Source: a candidate division WOR-3 bacterium (GTDB lineage: Bacteria; Hydrothermota; Tepidihabitantia; SM23-42; CAYGYG01). From it: 64,000 nucleotides of DNA. How positions within the stretch are numbered: the first letter of the stretch is position 1; every line of letters starts with the position of its first letter. The notes under the pieces are model-generated. The model had not been told where the DNA came from. It saw only the letters and a program-made list of their open reading frames with translations, and searched no databases. Made by a program: the position numbers and the translations under genes. Location: positions 583 to 64,582 of the forward strand of contig CBFGIV010000002.1 in assembly GCA_965648915.1 (NCBI GenBank). Direction: 5' to 3'. Positions 19,618-30,145 of the stretch are shown one piece after another.

Positions 19618-19944
19618 ATGATTGATATCCTGATTGCCCCACCTATCGCCTTTATAATCTTTCTGGGCATTTTCTATCTTATCTATGGACTTGGTAGTTT
19701 AATTGCGCCTAAATTTAAAAAGACTCCGGGTAAGAGTGCAACTTATGTATGTGGTGAAGATATCCCCGGAACCAAGGTGCAGTTCGGTTATCGTCTCTTC
19801 TTCTATGTGGCTTTGTTCTTCACAATGATGCATGTGGCAGCGCTGGTTGTGGCGACAATCCCCTCGGGAAAGGTCGCCCTTTTTGGCATATTTTATCTGG
19901 CAATGATATTTTTGTCAGTGGTTGCATTAATTACAAGGAGATAG
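19618..19944 (+). CDS. NuoA/MbhI-like small membrane subunit
   Basis: 108 aa. The YVCGEDIPG...F..FF..ALFF pattern is reminiscent of NuoA. Confidence 0.45.
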   Translation: MIDILIAPPIAFIIFLGIFYLIYGLGSLIAPKFKKTPGKSATYVCGEDIPGTKVQFGYRLFFYVALFFTMMHVAALVVATIPSGKVALFGIFYLAMIFLSVVALITRR

Positions 19945-19945
19945 G

Positions 19946-20365
19946 ATGTTAAGCTGGCTTGTGCGATGGTCGAGGATAAAGTCACCCTGGGTATTGCATT
20001 TGAATACCGGTGCCTGCAATGCCTGTGATATTGAAATCCTTGCAGCACTTATGCCGAGATTTGACCTGGAAAGGTTTGGTGTTTTATTAAAGGCAACACC
20101 AAGGCATGCGGATGTGATTGTCTGTACCGGTCCGATGACGAGGCTAAGCCGGGATAGAATGGTGAGAATCTATGAACAGGTGCCTGAACCGAAGTTTGTA
20201 GTTGCGGTTGGCGCCTGTGCAATGAGTGCTTGTGTTTATCGTGGTTGTTATAATATCATCGGTGGTATTGACCAGGTTCTCCCAGTCCATGCCTATATCC
20301 CGGGTTGTCCAGTCCGTCCGGATGCAGTGATTGATGGGGTTTATAAGTTGTTGAAGACATTATGA
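19946..20365 (+). CDS. [NiFe]-hydrogenase small subunit, NuoB/HycG/MbhJ-like
   Basis: Four Cys for the proximal [4Fe-4S] cluster (TGACNACDIE, GACAMSAC, PGCPVRP), 139 aa. Confidence 0.85.
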   Translation: MLSWLVRWSRIKSPWVLHLNTGACNACDIEILAALMPRFDLERFGVLLKATPRHADVIVCTGPMTRLSRDRMVRIYEQVPEPKFVVAVGACAMSACVYRGCYNIIGGIDQVLPVHAYIPGCPVRPDAVIDGVYKLLKTL

Positions 20366-20847
20366 TTGAGGAAGATATGAGCGAAACAGAACTTTTAGAA
20401 AAGATCAAACAGGGCTTGAAAGAAAAAATTTTAGAAATAACCAATCCCGCCTCAAGAAGAATCTTTCTAAAGGTTGATAAGAAAAACCTTGTTGAGGCAG
20501 TACAGTTTTTAAAAGAGAGATTTAATTTTTATCATATTTCTACCATCTCCGGTGTCGATCTGGGTGAGAATTTTGAAATATTATATCATCTTGCCAATGA
20601 AAATTGTGTATTGACTGTGCGGACACTGACACCGAGAAATGACCCGAAGGTACCAACAATCACCGGTGTTATCCCTGGTGCCACGCTTTATGAAAGAGAG
20701 ATACAGGATATGTTTGGAATAAAGGTTGAAGGCCATCCCAATCCAGTGCGCCTTTTGCTTGCTGATGACTGGCCTGAAGGTGTTTATCCATTGCGTAAGG
20801 ACTGGAAATTTGAGCGTCCTGAAGAAAAAATCCCGGGAGGTAAATAA
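20362..20847 (+). CDS. NuoC/MbhK-like hydrogenase subunit
   Basis: ERE..DMFGIKVEGHP motif, 161 aa, start overlapping the upstream stop. Confidence 0.8.
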   Translation: MIEEDMSETELLEKIKQGLKEKILEITNPASRRIFLKVDKKNLVEAVQFLKERFNFYHISTISGVDLGENFEILYHLANENCVLTVRTLTPRNDPKVPTITGVIPGATLYEREIQDMFGIKVEGHPNPVRLLLADDWPEGVYPLRKDWKFERPEEKIPGGK

Positions 20848-22058
20848 TGGAGGCTCAGGAGTTTAAGGTCCCAATCGGTCCACAACATCCCGCCTTAAAA
20901 GAGCCAGTAAGCCTGCGGATGACACTCGAAGGCGAGATAATTAAAGATGCAGATTTACGGCTGGGATATAATCACCGGGGTATTGAAAAACTTGCGGAAT
21001 CAAGGACTTATATCCAGAATATATATTTGACTGAACGTATCTGTGGAATCTGCTCCCATTCTCACACCACCTGTTTTGTTCAGGGGGTTGAAAAACTTAT
21101 GGAGATTGAACCAGCAAAGAGAGGCTTATATATCCGCACCCTTGTTGCTGAGTTAGAGCGTATCCATAGCCATCTGCTCTGGCTCGGTGTTGCGGGGCAT
21201 GAGGCAGGTTTTGATACATTCTTTATGTATACCTGGCGCGACCGTGAACTGGTAATGGATATCCTTGAAATCATTTCGGGTAACCGTGTCCACTATGCGA
21301 TAAATACCTTTGGCGGAGTGAGGAGAGACCTTGACGAATTACAGATAAAGAAGTGTCTTGATTATCTTGAGATTTTGAAAAATCGCACTGCATATTATGC
21401 AAATATCGGAACCAATGAGCCGACATTTGTTGCAAGGCTCGCTGGTGTAGGTAAATTACCCAAGGAAAAGGCATTAGAACTCTGTGCAGTAGGGCCGACC
21501 TTAAGAGCCTCAGATATCCCAAGGGATGTGCGCAAGGATGATCCATACGCCTCCTACGCTGAGATCCCTTTTGAGGTCTGCACTGCCGATACCTGTGATG
21601 TCCTGGGACGGGTCGTCGTTCGGGTAAAAGAATTGTTTGAGTCTTATAAGATTTGCGAATATATATTAAAGAATTTACCTTCGGGCCCGATAAAGGTAAA
21701 GGCCCCGAGGAAGGTTAAACCCGGTGAAGTAGTGAGTAAATATGAGGCACCCCGGGGTGAGAATATTCATTATATTAAGTCTAACGGCAGTGATAAACCA
21801 GAAAGATTAAAGGTGCGTGCACCGACACTTGGCAATTATGCTGCAACGATATATATGTTAAAGAATGGATTTATTGCCGATATCCCATTGATCTTTGCAG
21901 CCATTGACCCCTGTATTTGCTGTGCGGAGCGGTTGATCCAGATTGATGATATAAAGACAAAGAAATCCAAGATTATGACAATGGCGGAATTGCGTAAATG
22001 GTCAATTGAATTTTATAAAAAGAATCCGGTGAAGAAGGAAATAATATGGCCATTTTGA
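20847..22058 (+). CDS. Group-4 [NiFe]-hydrogenase large (catalytic) subunit (HycE/MbhL/EchE-like)
   Basis: N-terminal RICGICSHSH (RxCGxC) and C-terminal DPCICCAER (DPCxxC) Ni-Fe ligand motifs are both present. Complex-I NuoD lacks these motifs. A ~40-aa C-terminal extension follows the DPCxxC motif. Confidence 0.85.
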   Translation: MEAQEFKVPIGPQHPALKEPVSLRMTLEGEIIKDADLRLGYNHRGIEKLAESRTYIQNIYLTERICGICSHSHTTCFVQGVEKLMEIEPAKRGLYIRTLVAELERIHSHLLWLGVAGHEAGFDTFFMYTWRDRELVMDILEIISGNRVHYAINTFGGVRRDLDELQIKKCLDYLEILKNRTAYYANIGTNEPTFVARLAGVGKLPKEKALELCAVGPTLRASDIPRDVRKDDPYASYAEIPFEVCTADTCDVLGRVVVRVKELFESYKICEYILKNLPSGPIKVKAPRKVKPGEVVSKYEAPRGENIHYIKSNGSDKPERLKVRAPTLGNYAATIYMLKNGFIADIPLIFAAIDPCICCAERLIQIDDIKTKKSKIMTMAELRKWSIEFYKKNPVKKEIIWPF

Positions 22059-22062
22059 AAGA

Positions 22063-22188
22063 GGATATCAGGTCATCGGGGTATCGGGAAGAAGGATATC
22101 AGGTAAACAGAATATCGGGTAATTATGACCCTCTGATCTCCTGGTATTCTGATATTCACTCCCTGATAATCTGTTGTCCTGATAATCT
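22063..22188. repeat. Repeat-rich intra-operon spacer. Two 26-nt imperfect direct repeats (GGATATCAGGT-N9-ATCGGG, starting at 22063 and 22094), plus two CCTGATAATCT copies (22162 and 22178).
   Basis: Read directly from the sequence. The motifs CTGATAT and CTGATAA recur in both orientations, and GATAAT hexamers are Fur-box-like. Confidence 0.5.
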
Positions 22189-22212
22189 TGTTAACAAAAG
22201 TGGAGTTGGAAA

Positions 22213-23181
22213 ATGGATATCTTAAAGACAATACTTTATCTCCTGATCTATCCTGGTTTTCTCTTTCTCTTTCTCTATTCGACATTCTGTGAGTGGGTAG
22301 ATAGAAAATTCTATGCGCGTTTGCAGAATCGAATTGGGCCTCTATATACTGGCCCACGTGGACTATTACAGCCAATAGCCGATTTCATTAAACTGATGGC
22401 AAAAGAAGATATTATTCCGGAGAAGGCAGATCGGGGAATGTTTTCCGCATTGCCAGTCTTCGCCTTAGCGGTTGTCGCCACGGCGGCGATGTATTTACCG
22501 GTCTGGCATTATAAATCAGATCCTACTTTTAACTCATTTCCGGGCGATTTAATATTGATCCTGTTCTTACTGAGTTTACCGACCCTCGCCTTTTTCCTTG
22601 CCGGCTGGCATTCAACGAATCTATTTTCTATTGTTGGTGGTGTGCGTGTATTGACGATGCTATTCGGTTATGAGGTGCCTTTATTCTTAGCAGTATTGAG
22701 TCCGGCAATCCTGGCTGGTTCCTGGCGGCTTCTCGAGATTACCTGGTTTTATCAGAAGACCCCGCTCCTCCTCCTGGTTAATATCATCGGTTTCTTTGTT
22801 TCGCTGGTTGCCCTGCAGGCAAAACTGGAGAGAGTCCCATTCGATGTTCCTCATGCTGAGACCGAGATTGTGGGTGGGACATTCACTGAATATTCAGGCA
22901 AAAAACTTGCTTTTTTCAGATTACTCTCAGATATCGAGATGGTTGTTGGTGCAGGTTTGATTGCTGCGGTATTTTTAGGTGGTTTCCCGGGCGGACTGAT
23001 CTGGGGTGTTATAAATTTTATCATTAAGACTTTAATCGTTATCCTGCTCCTTTCTGCAATCAGGGCGGTCTGTGCCCGGATCCGGATTGACCAGGTTGTA
23101 TCTTTCTCCTGGCGTTATCTGGCACCTCTCGCAGTTCTTCAGTTATTGATTGTGATAGTTGTAAAATCTCTATCCTATTAA
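22213..23181 (+). CDS. NuoH/HyfC/MbhM-like membrane subunit
   Basis: RLQNRIGPLYTGPRGLLQPIADFIKL is a NuoH signature. 322 aa with 8 TM helices. GGAG RBS upstream. Confidence 0.85.
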   Translation: MDILKTILYLLIYPGFLFLFLYSTFCEWVDRKFYARLQNRIGPLYTGPRGLLQPIADFIKLMAKEDIIPEKADRGMFSALPVFALAVVATAAMYLPVWHYKSDPTFNSFPGDLILILFLLSLPTLAFFLAGWHSTNLFSIVGGVRVLTMLFGYEVPLFLAVLSPAILAGSWRLLEITWFYQKTPLLLLVNIIGFFVSLVALQAKLERVPFDVPHAETEIVGGTFTEYSGKKLAFFRLLSDIEMVVGAGLIAAVFLGGFPGGLIWGVINFIIKTLIVILLLSAIRAVCARIRIDQVVSFSWRYLAPLAVLQLLIVIVVKSLSY

Positions 23182-23194
23182 GGGAGAAATCAGT

Positions 23195-23581
23195 ATGAAG
23201 ATAGCCGCCTTTTTGCCGGAACTGATCAGACACATCTTCAAAAAACCGGCCACAGTTAAATATCCTTTTGAGAAACTCGAAGTCCCGAAGGATTTCCGGG
23301 GAACACCGATACTCTATCCGGAGAAGTGTATTGTCTGTTATGCCTGCCAGCGCGACTGCCCGGCTGAGGCGATTGAAATAACAACGGTAAACGAGGCCGA
23401 GAAAAAATACAAGATGGTAATTCACAATGATCGCTGTGTCCATTGTGAGCAGTGTGCCGAATCCTGTCCGGTTGATGCCATAAGATTGAATACTGAGTTT
23501 GAACTCGCTGCCTTCAGTCGATGGGATTTGAAGGCTGAGTATATCTACATCAAGGCCACCCCTAAGTCTAAAACCGAATAA
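23195..23581 (+). CDS. 2x[4Fe-4S] ferredoxin-type subunit (NuoI/HycF/MbhN-like)
   Basis: Two CxxCxxCxxxCP motifs (CIVCYACQRDCP, CVHCEQCAESCP). Confidence 0.85.
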   Translation: MKIAAFLPELIRHIFKKPATVKYPFEKLEVPKDFRGTPILYPEKCIVCYACQRDCPAEAIEITTVNEAEKKYKMVIHNDRCVHCEQCAESCPVDAIRLNTEFELAAFSRWDLKAEYIYIKATPKSKTE

Positions 23582-23665
23582 GATTCAATATTTTAAACCC
23601 CTTGACTCAGGATTACCTTAAGGTATAATCTACGGCTGATCAATTTTATAGGCAGGAGGTTATCT

Positions 23666-24271
23666 GTGTTATCATCTTTTTTATTTATAACATCGATCTT
23701 ATCAGAATTGCCTTTTTCAATCAGTATTGGCGGCAAGGTAACGAGATACTGGGGAGATTTTGCTATCAGGTCCGAATATGTAGATACGGTAGCCGGTCAC
23801 CATTATATTAAAGAGGATGTGATCACCGAGAATTATAAAGGTGGTAGCATCGAACTCCTGATCGGCTATAGGGAGAGAATCTATCTGCGCACCGAGATCA
23901 TCGAATTACGCCTTTTTGACCGCCGCGGCACATCGACCAACTTCGGACAGAATCTTGATACCGACTTTTTCTTTGCCCAACCGATTGGTCCAAAGATCAG
24001 TCCCTATATTGCTGCGGGTATTGGCATTGAAAAATTTGAAGGCGCCCGCGATGTTATCGATCCCCGCTTCGTCGAAGGGGCACGCTATGAGATTCGCGGT
24101 GGTATAGGTATCAACTATAAACTGAGAAGTCATATCATATTATTTGTCGAGAGCCAGTGGTATGAAAATATAAAGATCATCAGAACGGGAAAGGATGCAA
24201 TACTGGTTGAATCTTATAATTCAGAGGCGATAGATCTGGTCCGGCTCAATGGAGGAGTGAGAATCCGGTAA
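23666..24271 (+). CDS. Hypothetical protein, possibly an outer-membrane beta-barrel (GTG start)
   Basis: The N-terminus looks like a signal peptide, and amphipathic beta-strand patterns alternate along the protein (GIGINYKL, ARYEIRGG). No family is recognised. Confidence 0.3.
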   Translation: MLSSFLFITSILSELPFSISIGGKVTRYWGDFAIRSEYVDTVAGHHYIKEDVITENYKGGSIELLIGYRERIYLRTEIIELRLFDRRGTSTNFGQNLDTDFFFAQPIGPKISPYIAAGIGIEKFEGARDVIDPRFVEGARYEIRGGIGINYKLRSHIILFVESQWYENIKIIRTGKDAILVESYNSEAIDLVRLNGGVRIR

Positions 24272-24291
24272 GCGGCTGGAGATTTTCGCCG

Positions 24292-25668
24292 ATGAAGTAT
24301 TTAATCTTCATTACCTTGATTGGTTTGATTTATTCTTCGGGTGTTTTTGCTTCTTTTCTTAAACTGCCCTATCTTCAGAATCTGCTCGATACCAGTGTTG
24401 TCATCAGATGGGAGACAATAACGGCTCAGGATGGAAAGGTCCAGTATGGATTGAGCATTCTGTATGGTTTGGAAGTGACCCATCTCGATTCAACCACCCA
24501 GCATGAATTGAGGCTTCCGTCACTGATGCAGGATACTGTCTACCATTACCGAGTAATTTCCGGACCTGACACAAGCCCGGACTACACCTTTCATTCCCCG
24601 GTTAAGCCCGATAAGCCTTTCCGTTTTGCGGTCATCGGTGACACGAGAACCGACAGCCTTGCCCACCAGATGGTCATCGATCAATTGCTCAGGGGAGATC
24701 CCAGGCCCGCATTCATTCTCAATACCGGTGATCTTACGGAGAATGGTGCATCATCAGAATATCAGACATTTTTTAATATTGAGAGTTCGCTCCTTTCACA
24801 GGTCTGTCTCTTCCCGGCGCTGGGCAACCACGATCTGGGAAACATAATCAACTGGCATACCTTTTTTGCCTTACCCAATAATGAACGGTGGTATACATTT
24901 CGTTATGGCAACTCAGTATTTCACTGTATCGATAACTATTCACCCTATACCAATGATTCTCCTCAATATAACTGGCTGGTGAATGAACTCTTATCTGACA
25001 GCGCCGATCCGACCATCAGGCATATCTTTGTATTTTTTCATGATCCACCCTATTCTACAAATCTTGCCCACTCGAGCAACCTCACAATCCGGGAGTATCT
25101 CTGCCCTCTCTTTGAGCGGTTTAATATCACTTTCTCATTTCAGGGGCATAATCACTGTTATGAAAGGAGTGTGGTCAATAATATCCATTATACCGTTTCT
25201 GGTGGTGGCGGTGCGCCACTCCATTTCTTCTGGGGTTCTCTCGAGCCCTGGTCCGCCTACCGGGAGACAACTTATGAATTTGTTCTGATCGATATCTGTG
25301 GTGATACAATCTCCTCTCAGGGGATCAAACCGACCGGTGAGACTTTTGATCACTTTTCTATAATTCATCGGCCAGAGCCCGATAGGACCAACCGGTTAAT
25401 CCTCCCGTATAACCCCCGACTCAGAATTTTCCCCAATCCCGCGACCGGGGAGATCAGAATTACCTTTGCTCTTCAGACTCAGGGAATGGTGGATATTTCA
25501 ATTTACAATAGTTCAGGACAGAAGATCGGTTCGGTTATTAAAAAAAATCTTCCGGTCGGTCTTCACAAACTGATCTGGCGCAAGAAGTCTCTTGCCAGTG
25601 GAACTTATCTCTGCTTCTTGAATACACCAACCTTTTCTCAATCGGTCAGTTTCAGATTTATTAGATAA
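24292..25668 (+). CDS. Calcineurin-like metallophosphoesterase (purple-acid-phosphatase-like) with T9SS C-terminal sorting domain
   Basis: Metallophosphatase motifs (FAVIGDTRTD, NTGDLTENG, GNHD, GHNHCYER) and a CTD (RIFPNPATGEIRITF...IYNSSGQKIG...GTYLCFL). Confidence 0.75.
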   Translation: MKYLIFITLIGLIYSSGVFASFLKLPYLQNLLDTSVVIRWETITAQDGKVQYGLSILYGLEVTHLDSTTQHELRLPSLMQDTVYHYRVISGPDTSPDYTFHSPVKPDKPFRFAVIGDTRTDSLAHQMVIDQLLRGDPRPAFILNTGDLTENGASSEYQTFFNIESSLLSQVCLFPALGNHDLGNIINWHTFFALPNNERWYTFRYGNSVFHCIDNYSPYTNDSPQYNWLVNELLSDSADPTIRHIFVFFHDPPYSTNLAHSSNLTIREYLCPLFERFNITFSFQGHNHCYERSVVNNIHYTVSGGGGAPLHFFWGSLEPWSAYRETTYEFVLIDICGDTISSQGIKPTGETFDHFSIIHRPEPDRTNRLILPYNPRLRIFPNPATGEIRITFALQTQGMVDISIYNSSGQKIGSVIKKNLPVGLHKLIWRKKSLASGTYLCFLNTPTFSQSVSFRFIR

Positions 25669-25695
25669 TCTACCACCTCATATTGCAGGTAACCA

Positions 25696-27735
<2,040 letters not shown>

Positions 27736-27749
27736 GAAAAGGAGTAGAG

Positions 27750-28622
27750 ATGAAGGAGACGGGTCAAAAGATGCACCGAAGAACCTTTTTAAAAATCTTC
27801 GGTTTTTTAACACCGATAATTCTCTTCCTGGGGAAGATCCCTTTTGCCCTGGCTGGTAAATGGGAGAAGGGCAAGATTAATTACTGGGTCGGTAAGAGTT
27901 TTAAGCAGAATAATGTCGATTTATCAAAATTGAGCAAGGGGATAATCCATGCCCGGATTAATGGAAAATGGGATGACTATCAGATCCAGCCCCTGAGTGA
28001 TTCTTTTATTGAATGGAATTTAACAAGCCGGCTCAAGGGCCTTGAACGAATTAAAAGCGGGGCAATGCCTGACCTGAGCGGTCCCCATTCGGGTGCGGTC
28101 GCAACTTATGGTGGCTACCGTCTCGACTCCCGGGTCACCATCAACAATGCGATAAAGGGTATAGGTTGTGCACCGAGAGCAGATCGGGTTGAATCTATGA
28201 TTAAGAGATTAAAAGCGACAATTAAATATTCAATGCCGGAAAAGATCGATATTTTAAAATCTTTCTATCAGGACCGGAATCTATTTGACTGGACCAAACA
28301 GACTTCGCTTGAGTTATATACCCAGCCCGATTTTGAGACCCATACCTTTCTTAATTTGATGGAGAATCCAATTGCATCGATTGTCTTTCTTGATAACCCT
28401 TCATTTGAGATAAGGGCAATAACCCGGCTGGTTCATCCTGATGACCGGACTGCATCTAAAGATGAGAGGAATCTCTTGGAATATGTCAATCTGATTCACA
28501 GCTATTTCCATGGTCAATTCAAAAAGGTTTTCATTCTTATGGTATTTTATGTAATTGAACTATTTGATAACAGCCCGGGTAAGATGAAGGGCATCAGAAT
28601 TGTTCCACCATTGTCCGAATAG
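27750..28622 (+). CDS. Hypothetical exported protein with a twin-arginine (Tat) signal
   Basis: N-terminal HRRTFLK followed by a hydrophobic stretch, a canonical S/T-R-R-x-F-L-K match. No recognisable catalytic family. Confidence 0.5.
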   Translation: MKETGQKMHRRTFLKIFGFLTPIILFLGKIPFALAGKWEKGKINYWVGKSFKQNNVDLSKLSKGIIHARINGKWDDYQIQPLSDSFIEWNLTSRLKGLERIKSGAMPDLSGPHSGAVATYGGYRLDSRVTINNAIKGIGCAPRADRVESMIKRLKATIKYSMPEKIDILKSFYQDRNLFDWTKQTSLELYTQPDFETHTFLNLMENPIASIVFLDNPSFEIRAITRLVHPDDRTASKDERNLLEYVNLIHSYFHGQFKKVFILMVFYVIELFDNSPGKMKGIRIVPPLSE

Positions 28623-28634
28623 CGGAGACTCAGT

Positions 28635-29633
28635 ATGAAATATAAAGATGCAGGTGTTGATCGAGCAGGTCTGGGTTCGATAAAAAAGAGAATCAAGTTG
28701 CTTGCCCGAAAAACCTTCAATGCACGAGTCCTGAGTGAGATTGGACTCTTTGGCGGGCTCTTTGAGATCAGAGGGTTTAAGCGACCGGTCCTGGTTGCCA
28801 GTACGGACAGTGTGGGGACCAAGATTATGATCGCGGCGATGGCGGGAAAGCACCGGTCGATCGGGATGGATATTGTCAATCACTGTATCAATGATATCCT
28901 TACCCTGGGTGCCCGGCCCTTATTTTTTCTCGATTATATTGCATATACCCGGCTGGAACCAGAGGTTATCGGTGAAGTTGTTGAGGGGATGGCCCAGGCC
29001 TGTCGTCAAGAAGGAGTGGCGCTGATCGGAGGCGAAACCGCTCAACTGCCTGGCTTCTATCCTGATGGTATTTATGACCTGGTTGGTTTTATCGTTGGTG
29101 TTATCGAGAAAGGAGATGTTATTGATGGGAGAAGAATCAGGCCGGGTAATCTGATCGTCGGTTTTCGTTCCAATGGCCTTCACACCAATGGCTATTCATT
29201 AGCACGAGCAGTCTTATTCAAAAATAAGAGATACAGTATATCCACCTATCTACCTGGACTTAAAAACAGCCTCGGCACTGAATTGCTGAAACCCCATATC
29301 TCATATCATAAAAAACTCAGACCTCATTTAAGAAGTATAAACGGATTGGCTCATATTACCGGCGGTGGTTTTTATGAGAATATTGAACGGATCTTACCAG
29401 AGGGTTGCCGGGCCTGCATTGTGAAATCGAGCTGGCAGATACCCCCGATCTTTAATAAAATTCAAGAAATAGGGAATATTCCGGAAGAGGAAATGTATAA
29501 TGTATTTAACATGGGTATTGGTATGGTTGCGTTTGTTGATCGGATGGTTTCTAAGAGACTTAGTGAAATCGGTGGGATTGAAATCGGGTTTGTGGAAAAA
29601 GGGCATAAAGAAGTAGTATTGTTAGAAAGATGA
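28635..29633 (+). CDS. purM: Phosphoribosylformylglycinamidine cyclo-ligase (AIR synthetase)
   Basis: N-terminal YKDAGVD, the GLFGG motif, and full-length PurM similarity (332 aa). Confidence 0.9.
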   Translation: MKYKDAGVDRAGLGSIKKRIKLLARKTFNARVLSEIGLFGGLFEIRGFKRPVLVASTDSVGTKIMIAAMAGKHRSIGMDIVNHCINDILTLGARPLFFLDYIAYTRLEPEVIGEVVEGMAQACRQEGVALIGGETAQLPGFYPDGIYDLVGFIVGVIEKGDVIDGRRIRPGNLIVGFRSNGLHTNGYSLARAVLFKNKRYSISTYLPGLKNSLGTELLKPHISYHKKLRPHLRSINGLAHITGGGFYENIERILPEGCRACIVKSSWQIPPIFNKIQEIGNIPEEEMYNVFNMGIGMVAFVDRMVSKRLSEIGGIEIGFVEKGHKEVVLLER

Positions 29634-30034
29634 TTGATAAACTAAGTAAAATCCTCGAAGTAGATAGTCGTTATCACTATGAAGCTTACATCTTTGTGCT
29701 TGAAGCCCTGGCTTATACTTTAAGAAAACTGGAAGTAAAACGACATATTACCGGCCGAGAACTTCTGGGTGGGATAAGAGATCTGGCACAGGAGAAGTTT
29801 GGCCTTATGGTCAAGAGTGTTTTTGCATACTGGGGCATCAAAGAGACGCTCGATTTCGGACATATCGTTTTTAATCTTGTGGAGTGTGGACTATTGAAGA
29901 AGACCACTGAGGATAAGTTAGAGGATTTTAAGGATGTTTACGACTTTGAAGAGGTATTTGTACGCAACTATCCAATCGATGTTGATCGAGAGAAGATAAG
30001 AAAGGCAAAATTTCTGCCTTCACATCTCGGTTGA
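29630..30034 (+). CDS. Hypothetical conserved small protein (134 aa)
   Basis: ORF with ATGA overlap to purM. No family recognised with confidence. Confidence 0.45.
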   Translation: MIDKLSKILEVDSRYHYEAYIFVLEALAYTLRKLEVKRHITGRELLGGIRDLAQEKFGLMVKSVFAYWGIKETLDFGHIVFNLVECGLLKKTTEDKLEDFKDVYDFEEVFVRNYPIDVDREKIRKAKFLPSHLG

Positions 30035-30145
30035 CAGAGAGGTTTTTTTTCAGTAGAATATATGAAGATGAATCTGGACTTTGAAGTAAAAAAGAGGATA
30101 TCAGTGTTTAAGCAGCAGTCATAATCAAGCAAAAGGAGGTCTGCG

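Noticed and set aside
20847-22058. Interpreting the cluster at 14-23.6 kb as respiratory complex I (nuoA-N)
   Set aside because: The NuoD-like subunit keeps both NiFe-binding Cys pairs (RxCGxC, DPCxxC). There are no NuoE/F/G genes. The subunit order and the presence of three antiporter subunits match group-4 hydrogenases.
22073-22375. 100-aa minus-strand ORF across the hydrogenase spacer
   Set aside because: It is antisense to the NuoH-like gene start and to the repeat spacer, and is judged spurious.
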